Positions 1 through 18,701 are shown, counted from the stretch's first letter. The stretch is DNA of 64,000 nucleotides from Eledone cirrhosa (GCA_964016885.1 OZ024740.1:56482001-56546000); one strand, 5' to 3'. A program made the numbers and translations. Notes: a model not told the origin generated them from the letters alone.

Positions 1-53
1 GGAAGAAACAATTGTCAGCAATTAAATGTTCTAACATAGCTTTGATTCTTGTG

Positions 54-87
<34 letters not shown>

Positions 88-89
<2 letters not shown>

Positions 90-695
90 TGGCTGCCAAC
101 TCGTTTTCGAGTACGGCCACTACTTTATATTCATGTAGCAGAACCCCTACCGATGCGCTGAACGAGTGTGACTTTTTAGTCCAGCCAGCGACTTGAAAAC
201 TCTGGTACAAACACTACACTTGTGACAATTATTGACACATAGTGCTGGGCCCATGGTACCATGTGACGACAAGTGTAGAGAGATCTCCAGATATAAAGCA
301 ATGCCTGTGCCGTGAAGCTTTTATAGTGAGCAAAGACATTGCACAAAGCCAGTCCCACTCTCTTAACCAAGATGATATTTACCAAAAAGAAGAACAAGTC
401 AACATCATTGGATACCATCAGGGTTGCAGGTGTTATATCAGAGTTTTCCTTCTCCTAGAATTCTGCCTTGACAAAGGCTAAGGGGTCATCTCTCCCGGTG
501 AATTTGGATGGCCATTGACTCTTAAGAGCTCCTTTGCCCTTTGACAGGTTTTGTTTTTAGTCCTGCAAGATGTCCAAAGTCACCCTCCTCACCAAGAAAC
601 CTTGGTGGGGTTGCCAGTTTAGTCGCCAACGACCCGACCATGGGACAGGTTGTACTGGAATACATGTTACCAGTAGCACCAACTGGTGACCTAAC
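88..695. mobile_element. ~610 bp non-autonomous interspersed repeat (family A), copy 1, in (TA)n
   Basis: Near-identical copies lie at 22197-22667 and 43150-43757. All are flanked by TA-rich microsatellite and begin with a terminal hairpin GTGGCTG...CGGCCAC. Confidence 0.85.
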
Positions 696-741
696 ATATG
701 TATATATATATACAGTATATATATATATATATACATACATA

Positions 742-779
<38 letters not shown>

Positions 780-787
780 TATACATA

Positions 788-971
<184 letters not shown>

Positions 972-1117
972 GGTTGATTATAGACTTGTTCTATGTGTGA
1001 CGGTATTTTAACGATAGTTATAGCTCTGATTTATCTGAATTATTGAGCCCTCTGCCGCTCATATCGAATTTTGTTTATCGTGAACTCGTGCGCCGATTTT
1101 TCGATACTCGATTATTC

Positions 1118-1155
<38 letters not shown>

Positions 1156-1160
<5 letters not shown>

Positions 1161-1580
1161 GAATTGATGCTCTGAAATAGCGGTATATATATGAATGTAT
1201 ATGAGGTCTTCGAAATGCTTTTAATTAAGCATACAGTGTATTGCAAAATACACTATATATACATTCATATATATATCGCTATTTCAGAGCACCAATTCTA
1301 ATTTTCAATTTTTGCTTGACCGGCAACCGCTCTGTATAATCAGTTCCTGATTATAACTAGAATTCTATAAGAATCAAACATTCATGATTTTCAGCAAACG
1401 GGTGGAGTACTTAGCTTTGATATGTACCAAAAAGTACGAAACAGAGCTCTGTTAGCTTTATCTCCCCATGTTTGCTGATAATTGAAAGTAACTGAGACTG
1501 TCACTACTCTAAAACAATAGCGTAAGGTCTTCGAAATGCTTTTAATTAACCATACAGTGTATTGCAAAGTACACTATATA
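1156..1580. repeat. Interspersed repeat with short inverted 5' segment; same family as 56956-57845
   Basis: 1157-1201 is inverted relative to 1256-1302, and 1205-1260 is duplicated at 1525-1580. It shares GACCGGCAACCGCTCTGTATAATCAG with about 57625. Confidence 0.7.
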
Positions 1581-1582
1581 TA

Positions 1583-1628
<46 letters not shown>

Positions 1629-1653
1629 TGTACATATATATATATATATACTG

Positions 1654-1853
1654 NNNNNNNNNNNNNNNNNNNNNNNNNNNNNNNNNNNNNNNNNNNNNNN
1701 NNNNNNNNNNNNNNNNNNNNNNNNNNNNNNNNNNNNNNNNNNNNNNNNNNNNNNNNNNNNNNNNNNNNNNNNNNNNNNNNNNNNNNNNNNNNNNNNNNNN
1801 NNNNNNNNNNNNNNNNNNNNNNNNNNNNNNNNNNNNNNNNNNNNNNNNNNNNN
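1654..1853. other. Assembly gap (200 N)
   Basis: Run of N. Confidence 1.
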
Positions 1854-4800
1854 GTTTTGATCAAGGGGTGGACCATGGCTGATGGGTCTCCACCAAGCAA
1901 AAAGATGGCGGAGAACCTGAAGAGCCATGGGTTTCTGAGGACCCTGGCACAGATAGAGAGAAAGAGAAAAGAAATTGAGAAGGCGTGTGTCCTCATAGCG
2001 CCACATATGGCGATGCTAAGCCGTGTCCTCAGGGAGGAGAAAACCGAAGAGAGGGATGAGGAGAAAGAGAGGGAGAAGGAAGAGGAAAAAGAAAAGGAGG
2101 AGAGCACAAGCACGGAACTGAAAGAAAATGATATACCCTCCGCTACAGGCAGGGAGGGCAGGCCGGGCAACCAACAAGCAAAGGGCAAAGGTGAAAAGCG
2201 AAATCACTTTCCGAAGGAGAACCAAGCGCAGAGGGACCAGTGGACAACTGTTCAAAAGAAGAACAGAAAGCACCGAGACACTGGGAGCAAAAAAACCCAA
2301 GTAATGTGCAAGTTTTTCAAGAACGGGACATGCTGGCATGGAGAGACAGGGATGGGATGCAGATTCGCCCACCCTAGGTCTCAAACGAACTATGCCCATC
2401 ATACTCGCGCAACATGCCCCAGCCAAAGCCGAAATAAGCCGCTCCAGAAGTATGCTGATGTCGCGCGTGCCGCACCAACAAGGAGAAGGCACGCACATGC
2501 CGACGAGATACAGATGGCAGCAGCAGATCAGAAAAATTTTTTAGTGATGGCAGAGAAGATTGTGGGACAGCTGACCTGGCTGCATCGTCTTCAGAGCCAA
2601 GGTCATCCACACCAGCACTCGAGACCACCACAGTTAAGGGACCCAGAGTGGTCGCCGCTGACACCAGACCAGGTGTCATACCGACAGCCATTACTGGCAC
2701 CCCAAAAGTCACACCAGTGCTGCTGCTGAATGTCAGAGGCCTGGTGAAACTCAGTAACATGAGTAAAATTTCCTACCTGGGAGACTTAGCCATAAGCAAT
2801 CAAGCACTATGCATGGCACTAACCGAAACGCACCTGACAGGCAGTATAGCAGATGCAGAAATACATATACCGAAATATACTGTATTTCGTTCGGACATGG
2901 TGGGGTTGCTCTGTATATCCGTGAAGATGTCACACCAATTGTACTGTTGACACATTCAAACTCAGTCTGTGACACACTGATAATACATATGAAGCAACTA
3001 CAGACAGTAATATGTGTCGCATATCGGCCGCCCGATGCCCCCAGTTATGAGGGTAAATTTGAGCATAGCCTAAGTAGGATAGAAGAGGTCCTTGACAAAC
3101 TGGACCAGGGTCTCAACATCCTACTGCTGGGAGACTTTAACCTACCAAAGGTCAAATGGCCTGAGGGCCACCTCCTACCTGTAATGACGTCAATAGAACA
3201 GAGACAGACGGAATCCCTGCTGGCCCTCACACACAGGCTGTTCATGGAGCAAGCAATACTCCTCCCAACAAGAGGCGAAAATGTCCTGGACCTCTGTTTT
3301 ACAAACAACGAAGTGCTCATCCACAATGTAAAGGTGACACCAACAATTCTCTCCGATCATAACTTAGTAGAGCTAATGATATGTGGTCCAAGAGAACCAA
3401 CAGAGACAAAACCACCAAGAAGCTCCGGGACGCTATCCAGCCTTAACTTCTACAAGGCTAACTGGAAAAAGATTAAGAGTGAAATCCGGAAGCAAACATG
3501 GAGTGAAAACACCGCCACACAAGACACTAACACACAATTTCAACACTTCATGACAACGATACACACTATATGCAAAAAGTGTGTCCCGGAGAAAGAGGCA
3601 AACAAACACAACAATCTTATTCCCAGAGATAGGAAAATCCTTATGAGACGTAGAACTAAACTCTCAAACCAGTTGAATAGTCAACAAAACAAAAACAAGA
3701 AGGAATCCTATTTGAAACGTGCACTACTTGACACCGAGATTGCACTCAAACTTTCACATGAGAACGAGAGGGCAAAGAAAGAGAACAGGGCCATAGAAAA
3801 CATTAAAACAAACCCTAAGGCCTTCTTTAAATTTGCAAAAGAAACTGCCTCAGTACACTGCAAGATTGGACCACTCTTCCACACGGACGGTTCATTAACC
3901 GAAAACCCCCAAGAGATATGTGAAATACTGAACGAACAGTACAAAAGTGTCTTCACATGTCCACTGAGGCACATGCAAATAACGAAGCCAGAGGAGTTCT
4001 TTGATGCCACAACACTACATCAAGAAATGGCAACCATCAACCACATAGACATAACGGAGGAGGATGTGGTGTACGCCATTGATGAAATTAGAACAGACTC
4101 GGCTGCTGGACCTGATGGATTCTCTTGAAAATATGTAAGCGGGCCTTAGCAACACCACTGAAGATGCTCTTCAGAAGCTCCTTGGCTAGCGGTGTACTAC
4201 CCAGGGAGCTGAAAGAAGGCACAATATGCCCTATTCATAAATGAGGTAGTAGAGCGGAGGCCAAGAACTATAGGCCAGTCTCCCTGACGTCGCATATCAG
4301 TAAGGTCATGGAGCGAGTCGTCAGAAAGAAACTAATCACTTTCCTCGAAGAAAATGACCGCCTGACTAGCACGCAACATGGCTTCCGCTCAGGAAGAAGC
4401 GGTCTTACACAGCTGCTACATCACTACGACTGGGTACTGAGACAACTACTAGACAGCTCACATGTGGACGTGATATATCTTGACTTTGCGAAGGCCTTTG
4501 ACAAGGTCGACCACGGAATGATATGTCACAAACTACACGGACTCGGCATAACTGGAAAAGTAGGTGAGTAGCTGCATGGCTCCCTAAGGGACAGAAGCCA
4601 GGCAGTCGCAGCAAATGGGTCCCTCTCGAGGGAAACACCGATAACAAGTGGGGTGCCCCAGGGGACAGTCCTGGGACCACTACTGTTTTTGGTGGATCTC
4701 TCGGACATGCCCTCTGTGGTGCATGCAACAACATCCCTCACTAGCTATGCTGATGACACTAAGGTAGCACAGGCAATCAAAAACCCGGCTGACGCTGCCC

Positions 4801-5738
4801 TTTTACAGCATGATCTGGATGCCATATACAGATGAGCGGAAGAAAACAACATGCAGTTTAATGCTGGCAAATTCCAAGCCCTACAATACAAACCTGCAAA
4901 CACAAATATAGTGGAACACAGCTACACAGGACCAGGAGGGACCGATATCCCCGTGTCAAAATCGATACGAGACCTGGGCATAGACATGAGCGATGATGCA
5001 TCTTTTTCTTCACACATCATGAAAGTGGTGACAATGTGCAGACGACTCGCTGGCTGGATCTTGAGGACTTTCCGGACAAGAGATCGAGACACCATGTTGA
5101 CACTGTGGAGGACTTTTGTCCTAAGCCGCCTGGACTACTGCTCCCAGTTGTGGTCACCCCATAGTGTCAAACTAACCACGGAGCTTGAGGCAATCCAGCG
5201 AAGCTACACCAAGAGGATTGCCAAGATGAGGGAGACAAGCTACTGGGAGAGGCTAAAGGAACTGAACCTCTACTCCTTGGAGCGAGGACGGGAGAGATAC
5301 GCAGTGATCTACATGTGGAAAATCCTGGAGGGACTAGCACCAAACTTTGGCATTGGGAGCTGGACCAACCGTCGAACAGGACGTCACTGTGTGGTGCCAA
5401 AGGTCCCGTCTTCCACATCTAGAATAAGGAGCAAGTATTGCAATAGCCTGGGATTCAAGGGCCCTCAACTCTTCAACAGGCTGCCGAGGCATCTGAGAGA
5501 CTTGCATGACGTGGAGGTGGATGTCTTTAAGAAACATCTCGACACCTTGTTATCCAGGATCCCGGATGAGCCCACAGCAAGACACGAGGGAAACCTAAGG
5601 GCAGCAGCAACAAACTCCCTCTTACACTAGTGGCCAACCTATACAGGCTGGAGATAAAATGCTTAGCAACAAGGGCGGTGCCCCAGCATGGCCTCAGCCG
5701 GATGGCTGAAACAGGTAAAAGAGTAAAGAGTAAACGAG
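1854..5738 (+). mobile_element. Near full-length CR1/Jockey-group LINE, decayed (ORF1 with CCCH zinc finger; ORF2 APE + RT)
   Basis: ORF1 carries CKFFKNGTCWHGETGMGCRFAHP. The APE has LNVRGL, LTETHL, AYRPP, LGDFN and SDHNL. The RT has QHGFR, YLDFAKAFDKV, PQGTVLGPLLF and YADDTK. The C-terminus has LDYCSQLWSP. There are several stops and frameshifts, and the 3' end is AAAGAGT repeats followed by (TA)n. Confidence 0.93.
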
Positions 5739-5755
5739 ATATATATATATATACA

Positions 5756-5928
<173 letters not shown>

Positions 5929-5929
5929 A

Positions 5930-7090
5930 ATTACATGAATCAAAGTTCAGTTTAAATCATTTATTTGCTTACAATAGTTTCCTCCAAACCGTGGTTTGGA
6001 TTCTTCGGAGCAACTATTTAGTGATTTTTTACATACTTGACCTCCTTTTCAACACAAGAGACATATGAAAACATATGTATATATTGACCCACAGTGGGTT
6101 GACATCCATCATAATAGTATAGCATGGCAATTTACATACAAAGGTTACAGTCATATTAAAGGACAAATTTAAGTTAAAATTAAAATTAAAATAAAAATAA
6201 AACATTGGCAGTTTATGAAGATAAAGCAACAGGGAAGTTTAGAGTAGTCAGTGTATGAAACAGTCTCACGTGTGGCATGCACGCCTGTCTTATTTATACA
6301 GGATTATAGTGCGGCAGATTGTTACATGTAAAACAAGCAGTTAAAGCAGGCATCAATAGCATTATGGGGACTGTATTGTTAAAGCATTTTTCACACACAC
6401 TTGTACGATATATAAGCCCGTTTGTAGAGAAACACCAAATATATCAAAAATATTACAAATGAGAAGCAAAACAGCATCACTGTCCTCGCACCCACCACCA
6501 CTCACACAATCCAGGAAACGCAATTTATAGACTACATGTCCATCACACAATCCACGATGATTCAACATTGGGTGCCTCGTGAACCATGTTACAAATCATA
6601 GCTAGTCGTTCCTTAATTCGATTCATAGATCAGGTTGTTTTTGTTGTGAGAGATGACATTGTATTATATTCCGGAAGTGTGTGTGTGTTTAAGGAGAGTT
6701 AATGCGTAAGGGGAGGTAACTAGCTGATTTTCATAGTTAAAATTTATTATCCTAAAGTACATTAATGGTGTTTCAAATGAGTCCGTATCATATAAGGTTA
6801 TAAACAATTTCTAAATTTAAATATCTTATCTATGATAGACTACACTGTAATCTTATCTTGATAGACTACACTGTAATTTATAGATAAGATATTTAAATTT
6901 AGAAATTGTTTATAACCTTATATGATAGGGACTCATTTGAAACACCATTAATGTACTTTAGGATAATAAATTTTAACTGGTTGTGGAACCAACCAACCAA
7001 CCAGAAATTTATAAATGTATTATAATAAATTGAAGTGAAAATCAACTGGTGCGTGTGTTTCTTATTGGCAACATGACCCTCCCAAAGTAT

Positions 7091-7094
<4 letters not shown>
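5930..7094. mobile_element. PLE-related non-coding repeat cluster with ~245 bp hairpin (6734-6978)
   Basis: The 3' end ATGACCCTCCCAAAGTATAACAA(TA)n is shared with 13364-13498 and resembles the end of the coding PLE at about 16126 (minus strand). Confidence 0.6.
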
Positions 7095-7176
<82 letters not shown>

Positions 7177-7199
7177 TGTATATATATAAATATATGTAT

Positions 7200-10100
7200 A
7201 TCTATCTATCTAAGGCGGGTAAAATTCCCGAGATCCATGGACGAGTTCTCTCCAGCGGTCTCTGTCCCTCATTATCGCTGCCATGTCCTGCATCTCCAAC
7301 AGACCAGTGTCTGTCCTTAGGGTATCAACATACGTTAACCTTGGTCTTCCTCTTCTAGTGTGTCCAGGTAGGGGCTCCCAAAGGAGCACTGAGTGCAATG
7401 TCAACTCTGGATGTCGGTGAACCATGTCCAGCCAACCTCAGTCTCCTCTGTGTCACTTTTGACCTGACTTTTGGGATGCTCCCATACAGCTCTGAGTTTT
7501 TCATCCTCAGTGTATACTGATTAATGTTCAGAGCCATCCTCAGCATTCTCGTGTACCACCCATCCACCATCTGAGTGAGTTTCTTGGTCAGTGTCCAAGT
7601 CTCAGACCCATACAGCAGCACAGACTCCACTACAGCAATGAAGAGGCGGATTTTCAGGTCTCTACGAAGGTCCGACTTCCACACCGATCTCAAGCTGTGG
7701 CACGCCGCCCAGGCCTTGCTCTTCCTCTCAACCACATCATCTTCCGTATTCCCAATCCTTGCTCCCAAATACAGGAAGTCCTCAACCAATTCCAGCGGCT
7801 TCCCGCCTACATTAGTGATCCCCTCTGGCTTCTCAACATTCTCTACCAGATATTTTGTTCCAGTCTCATTCATTCTCAGCCCCACACCCATCGACACAGT
7901 CCCAACCTCCCGCAATCAAATCCTCTGCCTACTTCACTGTATTTGTCACCAAAACCATGTCGTCGGCAAATTCAGCATCCGATACCTTTTTCGCCCTAAC
8001 TCTCCTGCTCTGAGCCGGTGCTACAGCAAAGCCAGAGTCCTGGTGTCCCTCCAGCGCAAGGCGCATACAATAGTCCACTACGATGATAAAAAGATAGGGA
8101 GCCAATGTATCTCCCTGGAGCACTCCAGCCAGTATCTCAAAGAACTCTGTCATCCCATCAGGTGTAATGACCCGGGCTTTGGTGTTGGTGTAGAGCAGTG
8201 ATATCAGGTCCACTATCTTCTTGGGGATTCCATAAGCCTGTAAGATCTTCATCAGGCAGTAACGGTCCACAGAATCAAAGGCCTTCCTAAAGTCAATGAA
8301 AACCATGACCGTAGGAAGGCACTCTGCTCCAGCTCCTTCCAATATCCCCCCCAGCAACAGGATGTGACCGGCGGTTGATCCAACCTCTCTGAAGCCGCTC
8401 TGGTTGTCCCCGAGCTTCTTCTCCATCTCAGGCTGGATCCTGTTAAGTATCATCCTGTTGAGGGTCTTTGCCACAAGTGACGCCAGTGAGATCCCCCGGT
8501 AGTTGTTGGCGTCAGAGAGATCCCCCTTCTTTGGCACCGGGACGATGCCACTGATCCTCCACTGATTCGGGGCAACTCCCTTCTCCAGTGCCCCGCCACA
8601 GAACCCCAGGATGATATCATCAAAATCACACCTCCTCATCACTCCCGACGCCACTCCATCCTCTCCACGAGCCCCGCCCCCCTGATCCTCTTCTTGGCTC
8701 TCTGAAGCTCCTCTCTGGTGAAGGGCTCTGTCTCAACATCCAGTTCCTCAAACAGCCGCCTGATCTCCCCAGTGCTCTGGGCTGTGGAGGGTGGCTCTCC
8801 TAGTAGGGTCCTAAAATGGTCTAGCCATTTCCTCTTCCTATCCTCGGGCCCCGTTCCCTGGATCTGAATCTAACACCTTCTCTTCCTCCCTGTGATCTCG
8901 TTGATGATTATCCAGCTCTCCTTACATCCAGATCTGTCAACCGCTCTCTCCACACTTCTGATCTTCTCTATCGGTGCCTCCTCTCTGACCTCAGTGTAAG
9001 CGGTACAGAGCTCTTCCCTCATCACCTCCACAGTCTCCATCCTCTCCTCCGTAGGATCAGCATAGAATTGATCCCTGGCAGCTTTCAGGTGTTCTCTGGC
9101 TGCACACACTTTTGGGTTTGCAGAGTTGACGTGCTTCCCTTTATTCTTTTTCCTCGGCACCAGGGCTTCACTTGCTTCCGCCACTGCATTGGTAAAGTGC
9201 CCGCACCTTCTCGTCACACTCTCCCCAGTCCATCCAATCTCTCTCTCCTCTGACTCTCCACACAGAGCACTAAACCTGTTTCTCACTTCCACTGTGAACC
9301 TCTCCTGTAGCTTATCTTCCTTGAAAGCTCCCCAGTCATAGATTGTTCTCCGGGCTGAGCCTTGCTCTTTCTTAAGCTCACGCGGACCTCACTCATAACA
9401 AGCTGGTGGTCACTACCCAGTGTACTGAAATAGCTGTATGGTTCCGTGTTCAGAACACTATTCCGCCACTTTTTCCTCACCAGAATGAAATCAATCTGGG
9501 ACTTGGACAGGTGCATATCTGAGATGTAGGTCCACATCTTCCCCAGATTCTTCCTAAACCTTAGGTTGGTCGCCATCAAGTTCGCCTCCAGCAGGGTGTC
9601 TCTCAGTAGTCTTCCATTTCGGTTGGTGTTGTTATGGAAGTACCAGCAAGGATCTTCACTGCCCTCCTTACTCAGGTGTGCATTGAAGTCCCCCAAAACA
9701 AGCAGGATATTGTGTGCCTGAGTGGTGTTGACAGCTCTACACACCTCCTCATGGAACTCTTCCGCATTCACATCGCTGTCCCCTCGGTTGGACTATAGGC
9801 TGAGATGACTGTCAGTCTTGGGTTTCCATTGAAGGTCACCCTCAACACTCGCGGGGAGATAGGCATTATTTCCCTCACCAACAGATTGGTTTTTGCACTG
9901 AACACAAAACCCACTCCTCCTACTGCAGCATTTGTTGTGTTCTTCACTGCCGATGTAGTGATGAGCTGGCTCTTCTTCCCAATCATGACACTCCTCACGG
10001 GTTCATCGTTTAGAATCCTGTATTCTTGGATCGCAAGTATCTGTATACCACTCTCCTCGAACAGATGTCCCAACTCCTCTCTCTTCTCCAGCGTCCGAAT

Positions 10101-10345
10101 AGTCCTCACATTCAAAGTGCCCATTTTGATGGCTCTTCTGCAGGACAAAACTGCATTCTTTATATTTGTCTCAGAGACAGCTGATCCATCATCCACTGGC
10201 CTTCTCTGTGGCTCTAGGCCAGCAGAGTCATAACGACCAGCCTGCTCCTTGACAGTGTAATCAGGGGCTCTAACCCTAGTGCTGTTAGATCGACTCTCCA
10301 TATTTCTTTTCAATGGCTGACAATACCTTACCGGCGCCACTCGAA
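7200..10345 (-). mobile_element. RTE-clade LINE, near full-length, frameshifted
   Basis: The APE has GTLNVRT, AIQE, SAYSPT, LGDFNA and SDH. The RT has NYRGISL, FIDFRKAFDSV, GVLQGDTLAPYLF and FADD. The C-terminus has LLYGSETWTL and RGRPRLTY. It is flanked by (TA)n. Confidence 0.93.
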
Positions 10346-10347
10346 TA

Positions 10348-12440
<2,093 letters not shown>

Positions 12441-12523
12441 GTTATTCCGGGTTGAATCGGAGGTAACCACAGTAAGTAAGGTACTCAATACATTGCAGAG
12501 TATAAAAGTTTTAATATACATGA

Positions 12524-12572
12524 GATTCTACAGGACTAGAACTGTTTCATTCTTTAGAAATCATCAGGAATC
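12524..12572 (-). ncRNA. Type I hammerhead ribozyme motif
   Basis: The minus strand reads GATTC-CTGATGA-tTTCtaaaGAAt-GAAA-CAGttctagtcCTG-TA-GAATC. The core is intact, all three helices pair and the cleavage triplet is GUA. Confidence 0.85.
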
Positions 12573-13303
12573 TGGGTATCAAAAAATAAATATGGTATTT
12601 ATAGGTCTCTTCAGGTGGTAGGAGAGGGTAGGGAGTGGGATGGGTGTAGGTCATAGGTTGATAGAAAAGGGAATTCATTAAAAACTAATTCTTCAAAGCT
12701 ATAGTTTATATTTAGAGTAACAAAGGCAGAAAGAATTCTATAAACAAGTTAACTTGTTTATAGAATTTTATGAGTTATAATATTATATATATAATCAGTT
12801 AGATTATATGAAGAATTATGGTTGTAAGTACATTTTATCTTATTATATTACAACAGCTTGTAAGTATATAAATCTCTATATAGATTAATAAGTGTGCAGG
12901 TATAAGTATTATTGGTGATTTTATAGAAATAGAACACAACATGCTAAAATAGAACATAAGGGTAAATTAGAGAACATAGAAATAAAAATAGAATCTACAC
13001 ACAGAAAAGACACAATGTTTAGACAAATCACAGAGGCAATAAACATAAAAGAATTACAACCAAATCATGAGTGGAACAGCAACATCACAACTTACAATTA
13101 AGGACAAAATTATAACACACACGTACATAGAACAACCAACCAACCAGTAACATGTAAATAAACAAATAAATAAACGAATATAAACACACACAGACACCCG
13201 GATGTGGCGCATGCGCAGACTGAGCACACAACACACACACAGAAACAAGATGGCGTAGGACAGAACAAAGGATAGGCACAAAAAAATAAGAAAATAATCC
13301 CCA

Positions 13304-13346
13304 GTCACTGAAGAGGTCACAGAATGTGTGACGAAAGAACTTTGAC
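13304..13346 (+). ncRNA. Minimal hammerhead ribozyme motif
   Basis: GTCA-CTGAAGA-gGTCACAgaatgTGTGAC-GAAA-gaac-TT-TGAC. Helices I and II pair and helix III is minimal. Confidence 0.7.
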
Positions 13347-13492
13347 AATATGTAAACAACCATCTGGTTATGGAACCAACCAACTAACCGGTAATTTATA
13401 AATTCCTAAATTTATAATTTTATTATAATAAATTGAAGTGAAAGTAACTGGTGCGTGTGTTTCTTATTGGCAACATGACCCTCCCAAAGTAT

Positions 13493-13550
<58 letters not shown>

Positions 13551-13556
13551 ATACTT

Positions 13557-14035
<479 letters not shown>

Positions 14036-14104
14036 ATATATATGTGATATATATATATGACATAAGGAACGCAGAATCAATGAATCGGCGAATTAAAATT
14101 TATT

Positions 14105-14201
14105 AGACATATTACAATCGTTTCACTGGCGACCAGCTCGGGGCGCGCTCGATGCAATGATCGAACCTGACTCTGAAATCGCAAGATCCTCAGATACGTC
14201 T
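14105..14201 (-). ncRNA. Hammerhead ribozyme motif with long helix II insert
   Basis: The minus strand reads AGACGTAT-CTGAGGA-...-GAAA-CGATTG-TA-ATATGTCT, the same family as 45897. Confidence 0.75.
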
Positions 14202-14366
14202 CGATTCTTCGTAGCAGAGTTTTTAATTCGTCGCACTGCTGATTCTCCGTTTCTCATGTGATATTATACTCTGCTCTGTAAAAGCATCGAGTGCTCAAAC
14301 GGCCTACCGCGTACGGACGGTTTAAGCACCCCACATCAATTATATATATATACTGTATATATACTG

Positions 14367-14402
<36 letters not shown>

Positions 14403-14404
14403 CA

Positions 14405-14435
<31 letters not shown>

Positions 14436-14663
14436 CTGTATATATATATATATATATACTGTATATATATATATATACTGTATATATATATATATACTGT
14501 ATATATATATATATATATATACTGTATATATATATATTGACCAATGAGAATCAAAACTATTCCTGCTAACAACATTAAATTATTCCAAACAAGCTCATAT
14601 GCCCCAAAGCTCTGATACCATCAATACTATAAACACAGAGCTGGCATATCTAAGAACTGACTA

Positions 14664-14719
14664 ACTGCCTGATGAGGTCATAGCCATTCAATGGCTATCA
14701 TCGAAATATATATAGCAGT
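14664..14719 (+). ncRNA. Hammerhead ribozyme motif (palindromic TATATA helix III)
   Basis: ACTGC-CTGATGA-ggtcATAGCCATtcaATGGCTATcatc-GAAA-TATATA-TA-GCAGT. Confidence 0.8.
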
Positions 14720-14786
14720 AAATAAAGGATTATGAGTTCATGCTATTGACTTATGTTTCGTCACTATATATATATATATATATATA

Positions 14787-14820
<34 letters not shown>

Positions 14821-14842
14821 TATATATATATATAAATATACA

Positions 14843-14881
<39 letters not shown>

Positions 14882-14887
14882 TATACA

Positions 14888-14965
<78 letters not shown>

Positions 14966-15002
14966 TATATATATACAGTATATATATATATACATATATA
15001 CA

Positions 15003-15060
<58 letters not shown>

Positions 15061-15189
15061 TATATATATATACAGTATATATATATATACTGTATATATA
15101 TATAGTGTCTATATATACTGTATATATATATATATATATACTGTATTTATATATATATATACTATATATATGTACTGTATATATGTATA

Positions 15190-15278
<89 letters not shown>

Positions 15279-15351
15279 TGTATATATATATATATATATA
15301 TACATAGTGACGAAACATAAGTCAATTGCATGAACTCATAATCCTTTATTT

Positions 15352-15407
15352 ACTGCTATATATATTTCGATGATAGCCATTGTATTGCTATGACCTCATC
15401 AGGCAGT
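15352..15407 (-). ncRNA. Hammerhead ribozyme motif (inverted sister of 14664)
   Basis: Reverse complement of the 14664 motif with small helix II changes. It lies within the inverted pair 14538-14764 / 15306-15533. Confidence 0.75.
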
Positions 15408-15894
15408 TAGTCAGTTCTTAGATATGCCAGCTCTGTGTTTATAGTATTGATGGTATCAGAGCCTTGGGACATATGAGCTTGTTTGGAATAATTTAATGTT
15501 GTTAGCAGGAATAATTTTGATTCTCATTGGTCAGTTTGTAGATGCTAGTAGGGTTGGTATTTGACCTCAACGAGGCAGGTGGTGTTGTAAAGTTCGAAAG
15601 ATGACAATAGTTCCATATGAGTGATTTTCACAAAAAGCATTCCTGGTCAGATATATATTCAATTAAGGTTAATAGTATGAAAGGGATACTACAGGTCATT
15701 CTTAAATTGGGAATTTATGTGGAGTGATGGTATTGTAATTTATGGTTAGATTAAAAAAATTACAAATAAAAAGACTTATGTAGGTTGGCTTGCACGTACA
15801 CTCACAACCACCCCACAGACACACACACACGTCCACACATGCAACATGTGGGGGTGGTAATACTTAAAATACTATATATTGGTTAGAGTCCAAT

Positions 15895-15979
<85 letters not shown>

Positions 15980-16005
15980 TGTATATGTACTATATATATA
16001 TATAC

Positions 16006-18190
<2,185 letters not shown>

Positions 18191-18495
18191 TGAAGGCGCA
18201 TGGCCTAGAGGTTAGAGCATTGGGCTTGCAATCGAAAGGTTGTGAGTTCAATTCCCGGACCGGGTGATATGTTGTTTCCTTGAGCAAGACACTTTATTTC
18301 ACCTTACTCCAGATTGCTCACCTATATATATGTGATATATACATATATATATACTGTATATATATATATATATATATATATACTGTATATATATATATAT
18401 ATATACTGTATATATATATATATATGTATGTATATATATATATATATACTGTATATATATATACTCTCTCTCTCTCTATATATATATATATACTG

Positions 18496-18526
<31 letters not shown>

Positions 18527-18663
18527 TATATATATATATATATAAATACTGTATATATATATATATAAATACTGTATATATATATATATATATATACTGT
18601 ATATATATACATATACTGTATATATATATATATATATATATACTGTATATATATATATACTGA

Positions 18664-18697
<34 letters not shown>

Positions 18698-18701
<4 letters not shown>

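Larger units (their letters stand above)
12441..13498. mobile_element. PLE-derived non-coding segments (two families, opposite orientation), each with a hammerhead motif
   Basis: 12441-12575 is the reverse complement of 33012-33140, and 13364-13498 matches 6978-7094. Confidence 0.65.

Noticed and set aside
88-170. Possible HDV-like ribozyme at the start of family A
   Set aside because: P1- and P2-like pairings exist, but there is no P3/L3 (TCCTCG-like) segment and no GG for P1.1.
242-481. 79-aa ORF repeated three times (242, 22351, 43304)
   Set aside because: It reflects repeat identity. It has a non-ATG start and no recognisable domain.
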